Positions 35,450 through 45,668 of a stretch of 54,274 bases of DNA are shown one piece after another. Within the stretch, counting starts at the first letter, position 1. Each line of letters begins with the position of its first letter. The notes beneath the pieces were generated by a model. The model did not search any database. It had not been told where the DNA came from and saw nothing but the letters and a program-made list of their open reading frames with translations. Both the position numbers and the translations under genes were made by a program. Origin of the DNA: an uncultured Halobacteriales archaeon (GTDB lineage Archaea > Halobacteriota > Halobacteria > Halobacteriales > Haloarculaceae); NCBI GenBank assembly GCA_964623735.1, contig CAZUVE010000001.1, positions 1 to 54,274 of the forward strand, in the 5' to 3' direction.

Positions 35450-35857
35450 ATGACCCCGGCAGTCACGGACTGTCCGGACTGTGGGGGTGGGACGCTCCCG
35501 TTCCCGGTCCCCGCGGAGTACCAGTCGCTGTTGCCCGGCGAGGACCCGGGCGCGGTGCTGTGCCGGCGGTGTCTGTCGCTGTACCCGGACCCGGACCCGC
35601 CCGGGGAGCCCCCGGAGTTCCGGCGCGTCAGCGACGCGTTCCCGACGAACCCGGACGCGGCCGTCCCGATGGCGCTGGCGGTCGGCCTGCTCGACAGTCT
35701 CGCGCTGTACCGCTCGGAGATTGGCGACCTGCTCGCGGCTGCCGAGCGCGCCGGAACCGACCCGCTGCTGGTTCTCGACCGGCTGGCCCGCGACCCGGAA
35801 CTCGATCCCGCAACCGACCTCGCCGGCCGCCGCCACCAGCTCGAACAGCTCCTCTGA
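35450..35857 (+). CDS. conserved hypothetical protein with N-terminal zinc ribbon
   Basis: CPDC...CRRC pairs followed by a helical C-terminal domain. Codon bias is good. Confidence 0.65.
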   Translation: MTPAVTDCPDCGGGTLPFPVPAEYQSLLPGEDPGAVLCRRCLSLYPDPDPPGEPPEFRRVSDAFPTNPDAAVPMALAVGLLDSLALYRSEIGDLLAAAERAGTDPLLVLDRLARDPELDPATDLAGRRHQLEQLL

Positions 35858-35875
35858 TACGGACTGCTGTAAGTC

Positions 35876-36030
35876 ATACTGTCGGCTATACCGACGTGAA
35901 GATATTCCCCACCCGGGGTGCCGACAGTGCTCACGCGCTTATAACCGACAGTATGAGTGGTGTACCTGTGTCCCGGGACGACCGTACGCTGTCGTGCGGT
36001 GGATCCGGCAGTGACTTACAGCCGGCAGCA
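35876..36030. repeat. family-A repeat (35876..35954) followed by family-B repeat (35955..36030); a solitary B terminus (CTGCTGTAAGTCA) precedes at 35863..35875
   Basis: ATACTGTCGGCTATACCGACGTGAAGATATTCCCCACCCGGGGTGCCGACAGTGCTCACGCGCTTATAACCGACAGTAT followed by ...GTACCTGTGTCCCGGGACGACCGTACGCTGTCGTGCGGTGGATCCGGCAGTGACTTACAGCC. Confidence 0.75.
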
Positions 36031-36301
36031 TCAGGCCACGCTCGATCGTGTGCCAAACTGGTTAGGTACACGTATTTTCCCCTCGAGAGGAGAACCGTGA
36101 GGTGCGGCATCGGCGGAACGATGCCGTGCGACGCTCAGCCACGAGTTGTCGTCTTGCAAGTTACCGTCTCTCCCGAGCCGGTTTCACCGACCCCCGACTA
36201 CATCCCCCCACTCCACCCCACCCCTTCTGTGCTCGCCGTGCGACGGCTCCCAGCCCCAAGTCCGGTGGCTGTTCGTCTGGTTGTCGGAGGCCAGCGGCCG
36301 T

Positions 36302-37546
36302 TTAGACGTTTGTCGCGTACCGCAGGAGACCGGCGACGCCGCCGAAGGCGGTGAGGAGCTGTTCGCCCTTCTCGAAGTCGGTCGAGACGAAGATCGTCTC
36401 GGTGCCGCGCTGGCCGGCAATCTCCATCAGGTGATCGATGGCGTCGTCGCGTTCGCCCCCGGTGACGTCCTCGCCACACCGCGAACAGGTGTGGGTCGGC
36501 GTCTCCGCGCTGCTGTTGACGAGTTCGCGCTCCTCGTGGCCGTCGGTACACCCGTAGGTGACGACGTCCTTGCGGAGGTCCTCGCTTATCAGGAGACGGT
36601 CGACCGATCCCATCACGAGGTTCTCGCGGGTCGCCTCGAACCCGTAGGTCGCGAGGTCTCCGTCGTGGAGTTCCTGGAAGAACTCCTCCATGACCTGCTT
36701 GTCCTCCAGAATTTCGCGTTCGGCCAGCACCTCGCCGGCAGCGTCGACGAGGTCGTACAGCCCCGACTCGTCGGTGTACGAGACGTCGAACTTCCCGAGC
36801 ACGAGGTCTCGGAGTTCGTGGTGGAGGTAGTCGCCGTCGAGGAACTCGTCTTTGGTCGGCGAGGGTCCACCCACGAGCACCCCGTCGAGGTTGTGGCGCT
36901 CGGGGACGAACAGGTCGTTTGCCATCCCGGCGACTTCCTGGTAGAAGTTGTCGATGGCCTCGAGACGGAGGCGAGCGAAGCGCTGTGCGGACTGGCCGCC
37001 CTTGCGCTGTTTGCCCGGGACGAGCGAGGTCGCGGACTTGACGGGATCGACCCGTTTGCCCCGGAGCCACCCGACGTTGGCCTCCCGCCGGTCGAGGACG
37101 ACCAGCCCGAACAGGCCCTTGTCGGCCAACATCTCCGCCAGGGGGTCGGTCAGGAACGCCGAGTCGCAGTGGTAGCGGAACGACTGGACCGGCTCGGGCG
37201 GGTTCTCGAGGACACGTGTTACCATCTCGGTCTGTCCGCCGCCGGCGTCGACTGCCCCCGAGAAGAGGACCATCCCGTTCTCGGGCGGGGTGTCGTAGTA
37301 CTTGAGGCGGTCCTTGATGCTCTTGAGGGCGTCCTGGACGTTCGTGCGGGTGTCCTTGGACTTGATGTTGCTCGCCTCGGAGTGTTCCTGTGTGATGTGT
37401 CCGACGACGTCGCTGACCTGGCGGTCGGGGGGCACGTAGATGGTGACGAGTTGTGTTCCCGACCCGCGGTAGCCTCTGAGTTCCTCGATGAGTTTCCTGA
37501 ACTCGTATTTCTGTCTGTCAGTCTGCTCGGCCTCGACCTCGCTCAT
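36302..37546 (-). CDS. prf1: peptide chain release factor aRF1
   Basis: NIKS motif (EASNIKSKDTR), GGQ motif (KGGQSAQRF) and a YxCxxxF-like RYHCDSAF. 414 aa from MSEVEAEQ. Confidence 0.95.
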   Translation of the reverse strand: MSEVEAEQTDRQKYEFRKLIEELRGYRGSGTQLVTIYVPPDRQVSDVVGHITQEHSEASNIKSKDTRTNVQDALKSIKDRLKYYDTPPENGMVLFSGAVDAGGGQTEMVTRVLENPPEPVQSFRYHCDSAFLTDPLAEMLADKGLFGLVVLDRREANVGWLRGKRVDPVKSATSLVPGKQRKGGQSAQRFARLRLEAIDNFYQEVAGMANDLFVPERHNLDGVLVGGPSPTKDEFLDGDYLHHELRDLVLGKFDVSYTDESGLYDLVDAAGEVLAEREILEDKQVMEEFFQELHDGDLATYGFEATRENLVMGSVDRLLISEDLRKDVVTYGCTDGHEERELVNSSAETPTHTCSRCGEDVTGGERDDAIDHLMEIAGQRGTETIFVSTDFEKGEQLLTAFGGVAGLLRYATNV

Positions 37547-37596
37547 CGGTAGACACTTGGCGAGAACGGCGTATGAATGTGTTGACCGGGCTCCGG

Positions 37597-39351
37597 TCAC
37601 ATCGACTCGGGGGCGGCGACACCCAGCGCGTCGAGGGCGTTCGCGATTGCGTTCCGGGCCGCCACGACGACAGCAAGGCGCGCCTGCCGCGTCTCGCCGC
37701 CGGCGTCGAGGACTGGACACTCCCGGTAGAAGGCGTTGAACGCCTCGGCGAACGCCCGGGTGTAGGTGGCGACGACGTGGGGCCGGAGGTCCTCGGCGGC
37801 CTCCGCTATGGCCGCCGGGAACCGCGCGACGACCCGCACTAACTCGCGTGCTTCCGGCCGCTCGAGCGCCGCGGCGTCGGCTTCGGCCGGGGGGACCTCC
37901 TTGCCGGCCGCCCGCGCCTCCTCGAGGATGCCACACGCACGGGCGTGGGTGTACTGGACGTACGGGGCGCTCTGTGCTTCGAAGTCGAGGGCGTCCTCCC
38001 ACTCGAAGGTGATCGCCTTCGAGGGCTGCTTGGCGACGATGTCGTAGCGGACCGCGCCGACCCCGACCTGGCGGGCGATCCGCTCGACGTCGGCGTCGGC
38101 CAGGTCGTCGTCGCGGATCCGGTCGCCGATCCGGTTCTCGACCTCCCCGCGGGCCCGCTCGACGGCCTCGTCCAGCAACTCGTCGAGGTCGATCCCCGTC
38201 CCCTCGCGGGTGCTCATCCCGCCCTCGGGGAGGTTTACCCACGAGTAGTGGACTGTCCGGAGGCAGTCGGTGTCGTGGCCCAGCGACTCGAGAGCCGACC
38301 GCAACTGCTCGGCCTGGAGCTTGTGGTCCTCGCCGAGGACGGTCACGGCGCGGTCGAAGTTCGCGAACTTCCACTCGTGGTGAGCCAGGTCGCGGGTCGT
38401 ATAGAGGGAGGTGCCGTCGGCCCGCAGGAAGACGAGATTCTTGTCGATGTCCTCGAACTCGAGTTGCCAGGCGCCATCCTCGTAGACCGTGGCCCCGAGG
38501 TCCTGCAGGCGGTCGACGACGTCGTCGGTCGAGCCGTCGCGCACGAAGCGGGTTTCCTTGACGAACTCGTCGAACTCCGCGGGCAACCGCCCGAGGGTCG
38601 CGCGCATCCCCGCCAGCACTGCGTCGACGACCTCGCTCACCCGCTTGTAGACCGCCTCGTCGCCGTTCTCGAGCCCGCGCAGGATGGCGCCGATCTCCTC
38701 CTCGGCTGCCTCGACGTCCGCAGGGTCGCCCTCCTCCAGGTACGCGTTCCCCTTGCGGTAGTACCGCACGAGGTCGTACTCCGGGGAGTCCCGCTCCGGT
38801 TCGGGGAGGTCCGACTCGTCGAAGGTCTCGTAGGCCCAGGTGAACACGGCGATCTGGCGGCCGGCGTCGTTGACGTAGTAGTGACGCTCCACGTCGTGGC
38901 CCGCGTAGTCGAGTACGCGCGCGAGGGCGTCGCCGATGATGGGGTTGCGAGCGCGCCCGACGTGGATGGGACCGGTCGGGTTGGCGCTCGTGTGCTCGAC
39001 GACGACGCTCGTCCCTGTCGGGTCCAGCGTCCCGTAGTCGTCGGCCTGTGCGGCCCCGAGGGTGTCGTCGATGTACCGCTCGCCCGCGAGGAAGTTCACG
39101 TACGGCCCCCGGGTTTCGACGTCGACGACGTACTCGCAGTCCCCGACGTCGAAGGCCTCCGCCACCTGCCCGGCGACGGCTGGGGGCGCGGCCTCCGCCT
39201 CGCTTGCGAGTCGGAAGGCGACGCTCGAGGCCAGCACCGCCTCGACGTCCTCGGGCGGGCGCTCGAGACCGAGGTCGTCGGCCGGGTACCCGACTTCCGC
39301 CAGAGCCCGTCCCAGACCGTTCTCGACCTCTGCGCGCAGTGCCAGGAACAT
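37597..39351 (-). CDS. argS: arginine--tRNA ligase
   Basis: [17 protein letters not shown] (HIGH-type) and MSTREG (KMSKS-like). The C-terminal anticodon-binding domain ends ...APESM. Confidence 0.95.
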   Translation of the reverse strand: MFLALRAEVENGLGRALAEVGYPADDLGLERPPEDVEAVLASSVAFRLASEAEAAPPAVAGQVAEAFDVGDCEYVVDVETRGPYVNFLAGERYIDDTLGAAQADDYGTLDPTGTSVVVEHTSANPTGPIHVGRARNPIIGDALARVLDYAGHDVERHYYVNDAGRQIAVFTWAYETFDESDLPEPERDSPEYDLVRYYRKGNAYLEEGDPADVEAAEEEIGAILRGLENGDEAVYKRVSEVVDAVLAGMRATLGRLPAEFDEFVKETRFVRDGSTDDVVDRLQDLGATVYEDGAWQLEFEDIDKNLVFLRADGTSLYTTRDLAHHEWKFANFDRAVTVLGEDHKLQAEQLRSALESLGHDTDCLRTVHYSWVNLPEGGMSTREGTGIDLDELLDEAVERARGEVENRIGDRIRDDDLADADVERIARQVGVGAVRYDIVAKQPSKAITFEWEDALDFEAQSAPYVQYTHARACGILEEARAAGKEVPPAEADAAALERPEARELVRVVARFPAAIAEAAEDLRPHVVATYTRAFAEAFNAFYRECPVLDAGGETRQARLAVVVAARNAIANALDALGVAAPESM

Positions 39352-39721
39352 ACTCCCGTTTTACTAGCGGGGGGCTTAGGGGTAACGGGTTCGGCTCCCC
39401 GGCCCCCTCGGGGCCGCTGTAGCCCCTCTCCGGGTCGGTTGCCCGACGTCTGCTGACTGGTCCTGTGACGATGGCCCCTGTCGTGTCCCTGTCTCCCCGG
39501 ACAGTCTCACTACCTGTTCGAACCCTGTCGTGCAGTCGCCCGACACAGTTACACAGTCCGCACGAACGGTGTGGCCGGGAGTGTGCGGCACGTCGTGGCG
39601 CCGGATACACGTACACGCTCGGGGGAGAAAACCCATCCAGTGCTCTTTCAGAGCCAGAAACTACAGCGCGAGACACGCCCTCGCGTTCCAGGATTGTCCG
39701 GGGATGGGAGTCACACTGATA

Positions 39722-39792
39722 CTGATTGCTGTGGGTTGCCGGATCCACCGCACGACAGCGTACGGTCGGGCCGGGAAACAGTCACAGACACT
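39722..39792 (+). repeat. family-B repeat
   Basis: CTGATTGCTGTGGGTTGCCGGATCCACCGCACGACAGCGTACGGTCGGGCCGGGAAACAGTCACAGACACTG. Confidence 0.7.
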
Positions 39793-40149
39793 GTGACTGG
39801 TGTGCCTGTGTCGGCGGCCGCGTCCGGCCGTCCCGACGGGACAGACACGGGCTGTCACTTCTCTCTGTCACCAGCCGTGTCCTACACGCCTGTGCCGGCG
39901 ATGGTTCCAATATCCGCCACGAGGACGCGCCCTCTACACCCACCCCACTCTCGTGTCGGCCACGGGGACGGCCCCCCGTGATTTCCGGTCTGGCCCTGCA
40001 GGAGCCGTCGGGACAATGGGTTGATACTATTAAATCCTTTGTGGCCGAGAACGTGCGATGAGTCCGAGCGACTCCGGCGGGCCCCCGAAACCAGGATGAC
40101 AGTCCCCCGACGCGTCGGGAGCGTCGGTGCCAGTCGAGTGCGCTGATAC

Positions 40150-40220
40150 GGATCGTTGTACGCCAGTGCCGGATCGACCGTACGACAGCGTGTGGGCTAC
40201 CGGGACACGGTTCCAGTAAT
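40150..40220 (+). repeat. family-B repeat (diverged)
   Basis: GATCGTTGTACGCCAGTGCCGGATCGACCGTACGACAGCGTGTGGGCTACCGGGACACGGTTCCAGTAATC. Confidence 0.65.
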
Positions 40221-40272
40221 CCGTACGACACCACCGCTGGTGTTATTGGTCCGGAAGGCACAACCCCGGGGT

Positions 40273-41250
40273 ATGAGCGACGCCGACGGGCCAAAACAGG
40301 TGGATGACCCGAACTACCACAGCGTGAACCACACCGCTGCCCAGACCTGTGGGTGGACGAAAAACGCCATGCGCGGGGAGGGCAAGTGTTACAAGAACAT
40401 ATTTTACGGAATCGAGTCACACCGCTGCATCCAGATGACGCCGGTAGTGAAGTGCAACGAGCGGTGCGTGTTCTGCTGGCGCGACCACGCGGGTCACGCC
40501 TACGAACTCGACGGCGTCGAGTGGGACGACCCCGGGGCGGTCGTCGACGCCTCCATGGACCTCCAGCGGAAGCTTCTCTCGGGCTTTGGCGGCAACGACG
40601 AGGTGCCCCGCGATCGGTTCGAGGAGGCGATGGAACCCCGCCACGTCGCCATCTCGCTCGACGGCGAACCCACGCTGTACCCGTACCTCCCGGAACTGAT
40701 CGAGGAGTTTCACGACCGCGACATCACCACGTTTCTGGTGTCGAACGGCACCAACCCCGACGTCCTCGCCGACTGCAATCCCACGCAGCTGTACGTCTCG
40801 GTCGACGCTCCCGACCGCGGCACCTTCGAGTCGACGGTGAAGGCTGTCGAGGACGGTGCCTGGGACTCGCTGATCGGGACGCTGGACGTCCTCGCCGCAA
40901 AGGACCGGACACGGTCGGTCGTCCGGACGACGCTGGTGCGGGACCACAACATGCACCACCCCGAGTGGTACGCGGCGATGTGCGACCGCGCGGACGCGGA
41001 CTTCGTCGAACTGAAGGCGTACATGCACGTGGGCCACTCGCAGGGCCGGCTCGACCGCGACTCGATGCCCGACCACGCCGAGGTACGGGCGTTCGCGGAG
41101 TCGATGCGCGAGCACCTCCCCCGCCACGACGTTCTCAAGGAGGTCGAACGCTCCCGCGTGGCGATGCTCGCCCGCGACCCCGACACGTGGGTGCCGAAAC
41201 TCGAGAAGTCCAGCGCGTTCTGGGACCGGGATCCGGTCGCGGGGTCCTGA
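40273..41250 (+). CDS. taw1: 4-demethylwyosine synthase (radical SAM, TYW1/Taw1)
   Basis: N-terminal AAQTCGW...CYK auxiliary-cluster region and radical-SAM CNERCVFCWR. Start trimmed to ATG 40273, outside the repeat. Confidence 0.85.
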   Translation: MSDADGPKQVDDPNYHSVNHTAAQTCGWTKNAMRGEGKCYKNIFYGIESHRCIQMTPVVKCNERCVFCWRDHAGHAYELDGVEWDDPGAVVDASMDLQRKLLSGFGGNDEVPRDRFEEAMEPRHVAISLDGEPTLYPYLPELIEEFHDRDITTFLVSNGTNPDVLADCNPTQLYVSVDAPDRGTFESTVKAVEDGAWDSLIGTLDVLAAKDRTRSVVRTTLVRDHNMHHPEWYAAMCDRADADFVELKAYMHVGHSQGRLDRDSMPDHAEVRAFAESMREHLPRHDVLKEVERSRVAMLARDPDTWVPKLEKSSAFWDRDPVAGS

Positions 41251-41272
41251 CTGCCGCGCGCCACGGCGGCCG

Positions 41273-41788
41273 TCACTGGCCGTCGATCTCGACCGACTCG
41301 AGGGTGACCGGCGACGTCGGGCGGTCGTCCGAGTCTGTCCCGACGCTGCCGATCGCCTCGACGACGTCTATCCCCTCGACAACCTCGCCGAAGACGGCGT
41401 GTTTGTCGTCGAGGTGGGGCTGGGCGCCGAGCGTGATGAAAAACTGCGACCCGTTGGTGTCGGGACCGTGGTTGGCCATCGACACCGTCCCGGCGCTGTC
41501 GTGACGCAGTTCCGGGTGGAACTCGTCGTCGAACGTGTAGCCGGGTCCGCCCCGTCCCGTTCCTGTGGGATCGCCGGTCTGGATCATGAACCCTTCGATG
41601 ACACGGTGGAACGGTACGTCGTCGTACAGCGGTTCATCGACCTGCTCGCCCGTCTCGGGGTCCTGCCAGGTCCGCTCGCCGGTCGACAGACCGACGAAGT
41701 TCTCTACGGTGTTCGGGGCGCGCTCCTCGAAGAGACGGATCCCGATGTCACCCTCGGAGGTGTGCAGGGTTGCGGTCAGGCCACTCAT
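41273..41788 (-). CDS. peptidyl-prolyl cis-trans isomerase, cyclophilin type
   Basis: FHRVIEGFMIQTGDP, GTVSMANHGPDTNGSQFFI and VFGEVVEG. Confidence 0.95.
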   Translation of the reverse strand: MSGLTATLHTSEGDIGIRLFEERAPNTVENFVGLSTGERTWQDPETGEQVDEPLYDDVPFHRVIEGFMIQTGDPTGTGRGGPGYTFDDEFHPELRHDSAGTVSMANHGPDTNGSQFFITLGAQPHLDDKHAVFGEVVEGIDVVEAIGSVGTDSDDRPTSPVTLESVEIDGQ

Positions 41789-41827
41789 GTTCTCGGGGAC
41801 GCCGGCGTCCGGTAAAGGACTGCCGGT

Positions 41828-43093
41828 CTAGAAGGCCGCCGGCTTGTCCATGATCCGCACCACCCGGTCGCGGAGTGCCTCCGGGTTGCCCGCGCGGAAC
41901 TCCCTCGCGTGGCGGCGGGCCGCGAGGAGGTGGGCACAGGCGGTCTCGTAGCGGTCGAGCGCGATGTCCCGCGTACCCAGCATCTGGAACGTGTCCCCCT
42001 CGGACTCGTACCGGTCGGCGAGGCGTCGGCGGTTCTCGATGGCCCTGCCAGCGAGCCACTCGGTCTGCATCCGGAGAGAGTCTGTCTCGCCCGCGAAGCC
42101 GGCGCCGCTCCCCCACCCGGCTGCGAGCGCGTCCCGGTAGCAGACGAGCGCGTGTTCCCAGGCCGCAACCGCCGCGTCGGGCGTCTCGGCGTCGTGGGCG
42201 CGTGCGAGTGCCGCCTCGGCCCGCTCCAGCGGTCGGGTCCGGAGCCGGTCGAGTGCCTCCTCGAGGGCGTCCTGTTCGGCCCGGATGTCCTCGGCCACTG
42301 CGAACCCCTCGTCGGTGGCCAGCGAGAGGGCGGTCTCGAGACGCAACCGGGCCCGCTCGTACGCGGCGTAGGCGGCGTCGAACTGGCTCGCCCCTGTCAG
42401 GTCGGCCCCCTCCTGGCGGAGCGCCCCGGCGCGCTCGAGCAACGCCTCCGTGCGGGTTCGTGCCAGTTCGCGCTCGACCGACACGACACGTTCCTCGACC
42501 GCCTGCCTGACAGGTTCGGGAGCCGCGGCCGCCCGCACTCTCGCCGTCGCGATCTCGTCGCGGGCCGCCTCGCGGGCCTCCGCGGCGGCGTCCATCCCGC
42601 CGGCCTCGACGTGCTCGGACACGTCGGCGATGTGGCCTCTGGCGTCCTGGAGCGCCGCAACGGCGCGCTGCCACGCGTCGCTGGCGTCCGAGACGAACGA
42701 CACGACCTCCTCGACGCCGCTCGCGTCTCCCGACCTGAGCGTGATCGTGCCCCGTCCCCAGACCCTGATTGCGATACCGATCCGCAACAGTCCCCCGCGC
42801 TCCTCGACGGTCTTCAGGTCGGTGTACGGGATGTCGGCCGTCCTCGCGCCCGAGTCGGTGTCGATGACGATCACCAGCTTCCGGTCGGTGACGGCCAGCA
42901 GCGTCCCGCCCTCCCCGCTGCCGCGCTCGGTCGTCTCGTCTTCGTACTCGTGGACGAGGCTGCCGCTGCTCGTGAGCCTGTGGACGACGCTCTCGGTGAC
43001 CTCGAGCCGCGCCTCCAGTGCCTCCACCATCTGCTCGCTCGCGGCCTGGTCTCCGCCCAGGAGCCGGGACCGCAGCCCCCCGTCTCGGGCCAT
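41828..43093 (-). CDS. hypothetical protein: N-terminal PH-like (bPH) segment plus long Ala/Glu/Arg-rich helical region
   Basis: 421 aa from MARDGG (ATG 43093). LLAVTDRKLVIVIDTD...IPYTDLKTVE resembles bacterial PH domains. The ORF-track start 43342 overlaps the upstream ABC gene. Confidence 0.55.
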   Translation of the reverse strand: MARDGGLRSRLLGGDQAASEQMVEALEARLEVTESVVHRLTSSGSLVHEYEDETTERGSGEGGTLLAVTDRKLVIVIDTDSGARTADIPYTDLKTVEERGGLLRIGIAIRVWGRGTITLRSGDASGVEEVVSFVSDASDAWQRAVAALQDARGHIADVSEHVEAGGMDAAAEAREAARDEIATARVRAAAAPEPVRQAVEERVVSVERELARTRTEALLERAGALRQEGADLTGASQFDAAYAAYERARLRLETALSLATDEGFAVAEDIRAEQDALEEALDRLRTRPLERAEAALARAHDAETPDAAVAAWEHALVCYRDALAAGWGSGAGFAGETDSLRMQTEWLAGRAIENRRRLADRYESEGDTFQMLGTRDIALDRYETACAHLLAARRHAREFRAGNPEALRDRVVRIMDKPAAF

Positions 43094-43196
43094 CGCTATC
43101 CCTCGCAGGCCTCCATACGGCACGTTGGTCAGTCCGTGGTATAAGAATTCCTGACCGCCGCCGGCCCCCGGCCCGCGACCAATCGAACGATCAGTA

Positions 43197-44546
43197 TCAG
43201 TGGATCTGGTCCTCGTCGCCCTGGAGGTGACAGGCGACGAAGTGTCGCCCGCCGCCGTGCTCGGTTTCGGCCTCGTAGGCCGGGTCGGCCCGCGCGCAGA
43301 CGCTCTCCCGGACGAACGCCGACGCGAGCTGTGACTCGGCACTCTCCCAGTCGCCCCGCTCGATGGCGTCGATGGCCCCGGCGACTACCTCGCCAGCCTC
43401 GCCCCGGGGGGCCGTGTCGAAGTACCGGTCTCGGACCGCGGCGGCGTCCCCGGCGGCGAACTCCCGGCGGTCGACCGCGCGGACGAACCGCCGGATCGCG
43501 TCCCACTCCTCGGCCGTCAGGTCGTACCTCTCGGGTGCGATGAGGTCGGGACACCGGGTGTGGAACCGACAGCCCGGCGGCGGGTCGACGGGGCTGGGCA
43601 CCTCGCCACCGAGGACGCCCCGCTCGCCCGAGGCGCGCGGGTCCGGCACCGGGATCGACCCGAGTAGCGCCCGCGTGTATGGGTGCTGTGGGTTCTCGAA
43701 CAGTTCCTCCTTGCCGGCCACCTCCACCAGGTTCCCGAGGTACATCACCGCGACGCGGTCGCTGATGTGGCGGACGACCGAGAGGTCGTGGGCGATGAAG
43801 ATGTACGTGAGCCCGAACTCCGCCTGCAGTTCGCGCATCGTGTTCAGCACCTGTGCCTGGACGGAGACGTCCAGCGCCGAGACGGGCTCGTCACAGACGA
43901 CGAGGTCGGGCTGGACCGACAGCGCGCGGGCGAGGTTGATCCGCTGGCGCTGCCCGCCGGAGAAGGCGTGCGGGTAGCGGTTGTAGTGTTGCGGGTCCAG
44001 CCCCACCGTCTCCAGGAGGCCGCGGGCGCGGGCCTCCCGCCCCTCGGCGTCGAGCATCCCGCCGGCGCGCATCGGTTCCTCGACGATCGGGCCGACCTTC
44101 ATCCGCGGGTTCAGTGACGACTGGGGGTCCTGGAAAATGAGCTGTGCGTCCTGACGGACCGTCCGGAGTGCGCCCGTGCCCAGTTCAGCCAGGTTCCGCC
44201 CCTTGAAGTAGACAGCCCCGTCGGTCGGCTCGACCAGCCGGAGGATCGCTCGGGCGAGCGTACTCTTCCCACAGCCCGACTCGCCGACCAGCCCGAGGGT
44301 CTCGCCCCGGTGGACGTCGAAAGAGACGTCGTCGACCGCCTGCACCCGATCGCGCTCCACCGAGAGCGGCAGCCGGCCGTCGCCGCCGAGGTCGACCTGG
44401 AGTCCCCCGAGGGCGCTCCCGGACTCCGCGAAGTGCTTGGTCAGCCCGTCGACCCGGAGGAGCGGCTCGCCGGGATCGGGATCGGCCGGGAGGTCCGGGT
44501 GGCGGTCGGCGCCACCGTCCCCGAACAGGCGGTCCAGCCTACCCAT
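43197..44546 (-). CDS. peptide/nickel ABC transporter ATP-binding protein (OppF/DppF type) with C-terminal extension
   Basis: Walker [10 protein letters not shown], signature FSGGQRQR, Walker B LVVCDEP, and a C-terminal CRFHTRCP oligopeptide-ABC motif. Confidence 0.9.
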   Translation of the reverse strand: MGRLDRLFGDGGADRHPDLPADPDPGEPLLRVDGLTKHFAESGSALGGLQVDLGGDGRLPLSVERDRVQAVDDVSFDVHRGETLGLVGESGCGKSTLARAILRLVEPTDGAVYFKGRNLAELGTGALRTVRQDAQLIFQDPQSSLNPRMKVGPIVEEPMRAGGMLDAEGREARARGLLETVGLDPQHYNRYPHAFSGGQRQRINLARALSVQPDLVVCDEPVSALDVSVQAQVLNTMRELQAEFGLTYIFIAHDLSVVRHISDRVAVMYLGNLVEVAGKEELFENPQHPYTRALLGSIPVPDPRASGERGVLGGEVPSPVDPPPGCRFHTRCPDLIAPERYDLTAEEWDAIRRFVRAVDRREFAAGDAAAVRDRYFDTAPRGEAGEVVAGAIDAIERGDWESAESQLASAFVRESVCARADPAYEAETEHGGGRHFVACHLQGDEDQIH

Positions 44547-45666
44547 CGCGCCCCTCCGTCCCCGGGTCGGACCGCTCGAGGTTCTCGATCGGCCGGCTCG
44601 ACCCGTAGTCGACCTCCGGGAACACGTCTCCGTGTTTGAAACACGCAGCGCGCTGGGGCTCGTTCTCCGCGACGGTCCGGCAGGGGGGATTCCGTTCGGT
44701 GCAGACCTCGCGCGCGTCCGGACACCGGGTGTGGAACCGACAGCCCGGCGGCGGGTCGATGGCCTCGGGCATCACGCCGGCGATGGGGTCGAGTCGCTCG
44801 ACGGTCTCGTCGGGCCGGGGCACCGAGTGCAACAGCGCCTCCGTGTACGGGTGTTTCGTGTCGTAGAAGAGGTCGTCGACGCCCGCCTGCTCGACAATCT
44901 CGCCGAGGTACATGACGTTCACGCGGTCACAGATCTCGGCGACGACGCCCATATCGTGGGTCACCCAGACGAAGCTGGTACCGTACCGGTCCTGGAGGTC
45001 CCGGACCAGGTCGAGGATCCCCCCCTCGACGGTCACGTCCAGGGCGGTGGTCGGCTCGTCGGCGATTATCAGGTCGGGTTCGCAGGCCAGCGCCATCGCG
45101 ATGAGGACGCGCTGGCGCATCCCGCCCGAGAACTGGTGGGGGTAGTCGTCGTACCGGCTCTCCGCGTCCGGGATGCCCACCTCCCTGAGCATCCCGATGG
45201 CCTCCTCGCGTGCCTCGGCACCCGCCAGGTCCCTGTTCACCTCGATGAACTCCCGGAGCTGACCGCCCGCCGTGTAGACGGGATTCAGGCTCTCCGTCGG
45301 GTCCTGGAAGATGATGGCGATCCCGTTGCCCCTGACGCGCTCGCGCATCTCGGTCTCCGAGAGGACGTCCTCCCGGGAGGCACGGCCAACAGGGCCGGAC
45401 TGTCCGCCCGTGTCGTCTTCCCGCTCGAAGGCGACGAGCGTCTGGTCGCGAAACCGGACCTCGCCGCCGACGATCTCGCCGGGGTCCTCGACCAGCCGCA
45501 TGATCGAGCGGACGGCGACACTCTTGCCCGCGCCCGACTCGCCCACGAGACCGACAATCTCGCCGGGGTGGACCTCGAAGGAGATCCCGTCGACCGCCCG
45601 GACGACGCCGTCCTCGGTGAAGAAGTACGTCCGCAGGTCCTCGACGCTGAGCAGCGGGTCGTGCAT
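44539..45666 (-). CDS. peptide/nickel ABC transporter ATP-binding protein (OppD/DppD type)
   Basis: [29 protein letters not shown] and CRFHTRCP. Confidence 0.9.
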   Translation of the reverse strand: MHDPLLSVEDLRTYFFTEDGVVRAVDGISFEVHPGEIVGLVGESGAGKSVAVRSIMRLVEDPGEIVGGEVRFRDQTLVAFEREDDTGGQSGPVGRASREDVLSETEMRERVRGNGIAIIFQDPTESLNPVYTAGGQLREFIEVNRDLAGAEAREEAIGMLREVGIPDAESRYDDYPHQFSGGMRQRVLIAMALACEPDLIIADEPTTALDVTVEGGILDLVRDLQDRYGTSFVWVTHDMGVVAEICDRVNVMYLGEIVEQAGVDDLFYDTKHPYTEALLHSVPRPDETVERLDPIAGVMPEAIDPPPGCRFHTRCPDAREVCTERNPPCRTVAENEPQRAACFKHGDVFPEVDYGSSRPIENLERSDPGTEGRDG

Positions 45667-45668
45667 GG

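Noticed and set aside
1888-36030. Possibility that the dispersed repeats form a CRISPR array
   Set aside because: The copies are not regularly spaced and are separated by whole genes. They occur in both orientations, belong to four different families, and are themselves long palindromes with terminal inverted repeats. No cas genes are present.
36302-39748. 1148-aa minus-strand ORF spanning aRF1 and the whole argS region
   Set aside because: This is an artefact of high GC, which leaves few stop codons. Only the last 414 codons (from ATG 37546) look like aRF1. Upstream it is Arg/Pro/Gly-rich nonsense in a frame overlapping the genuine argS frame (37597..39351).
39800-40140. Candidate RNase P or SRP RNA in the argS-taw1 gap
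   Set aside because: I searched by eye on both strands for the conserved GAGGAAAGTCC-type (RNase P) and GGAAG...AGCA helix-8 (SRP) signatures and found neither.
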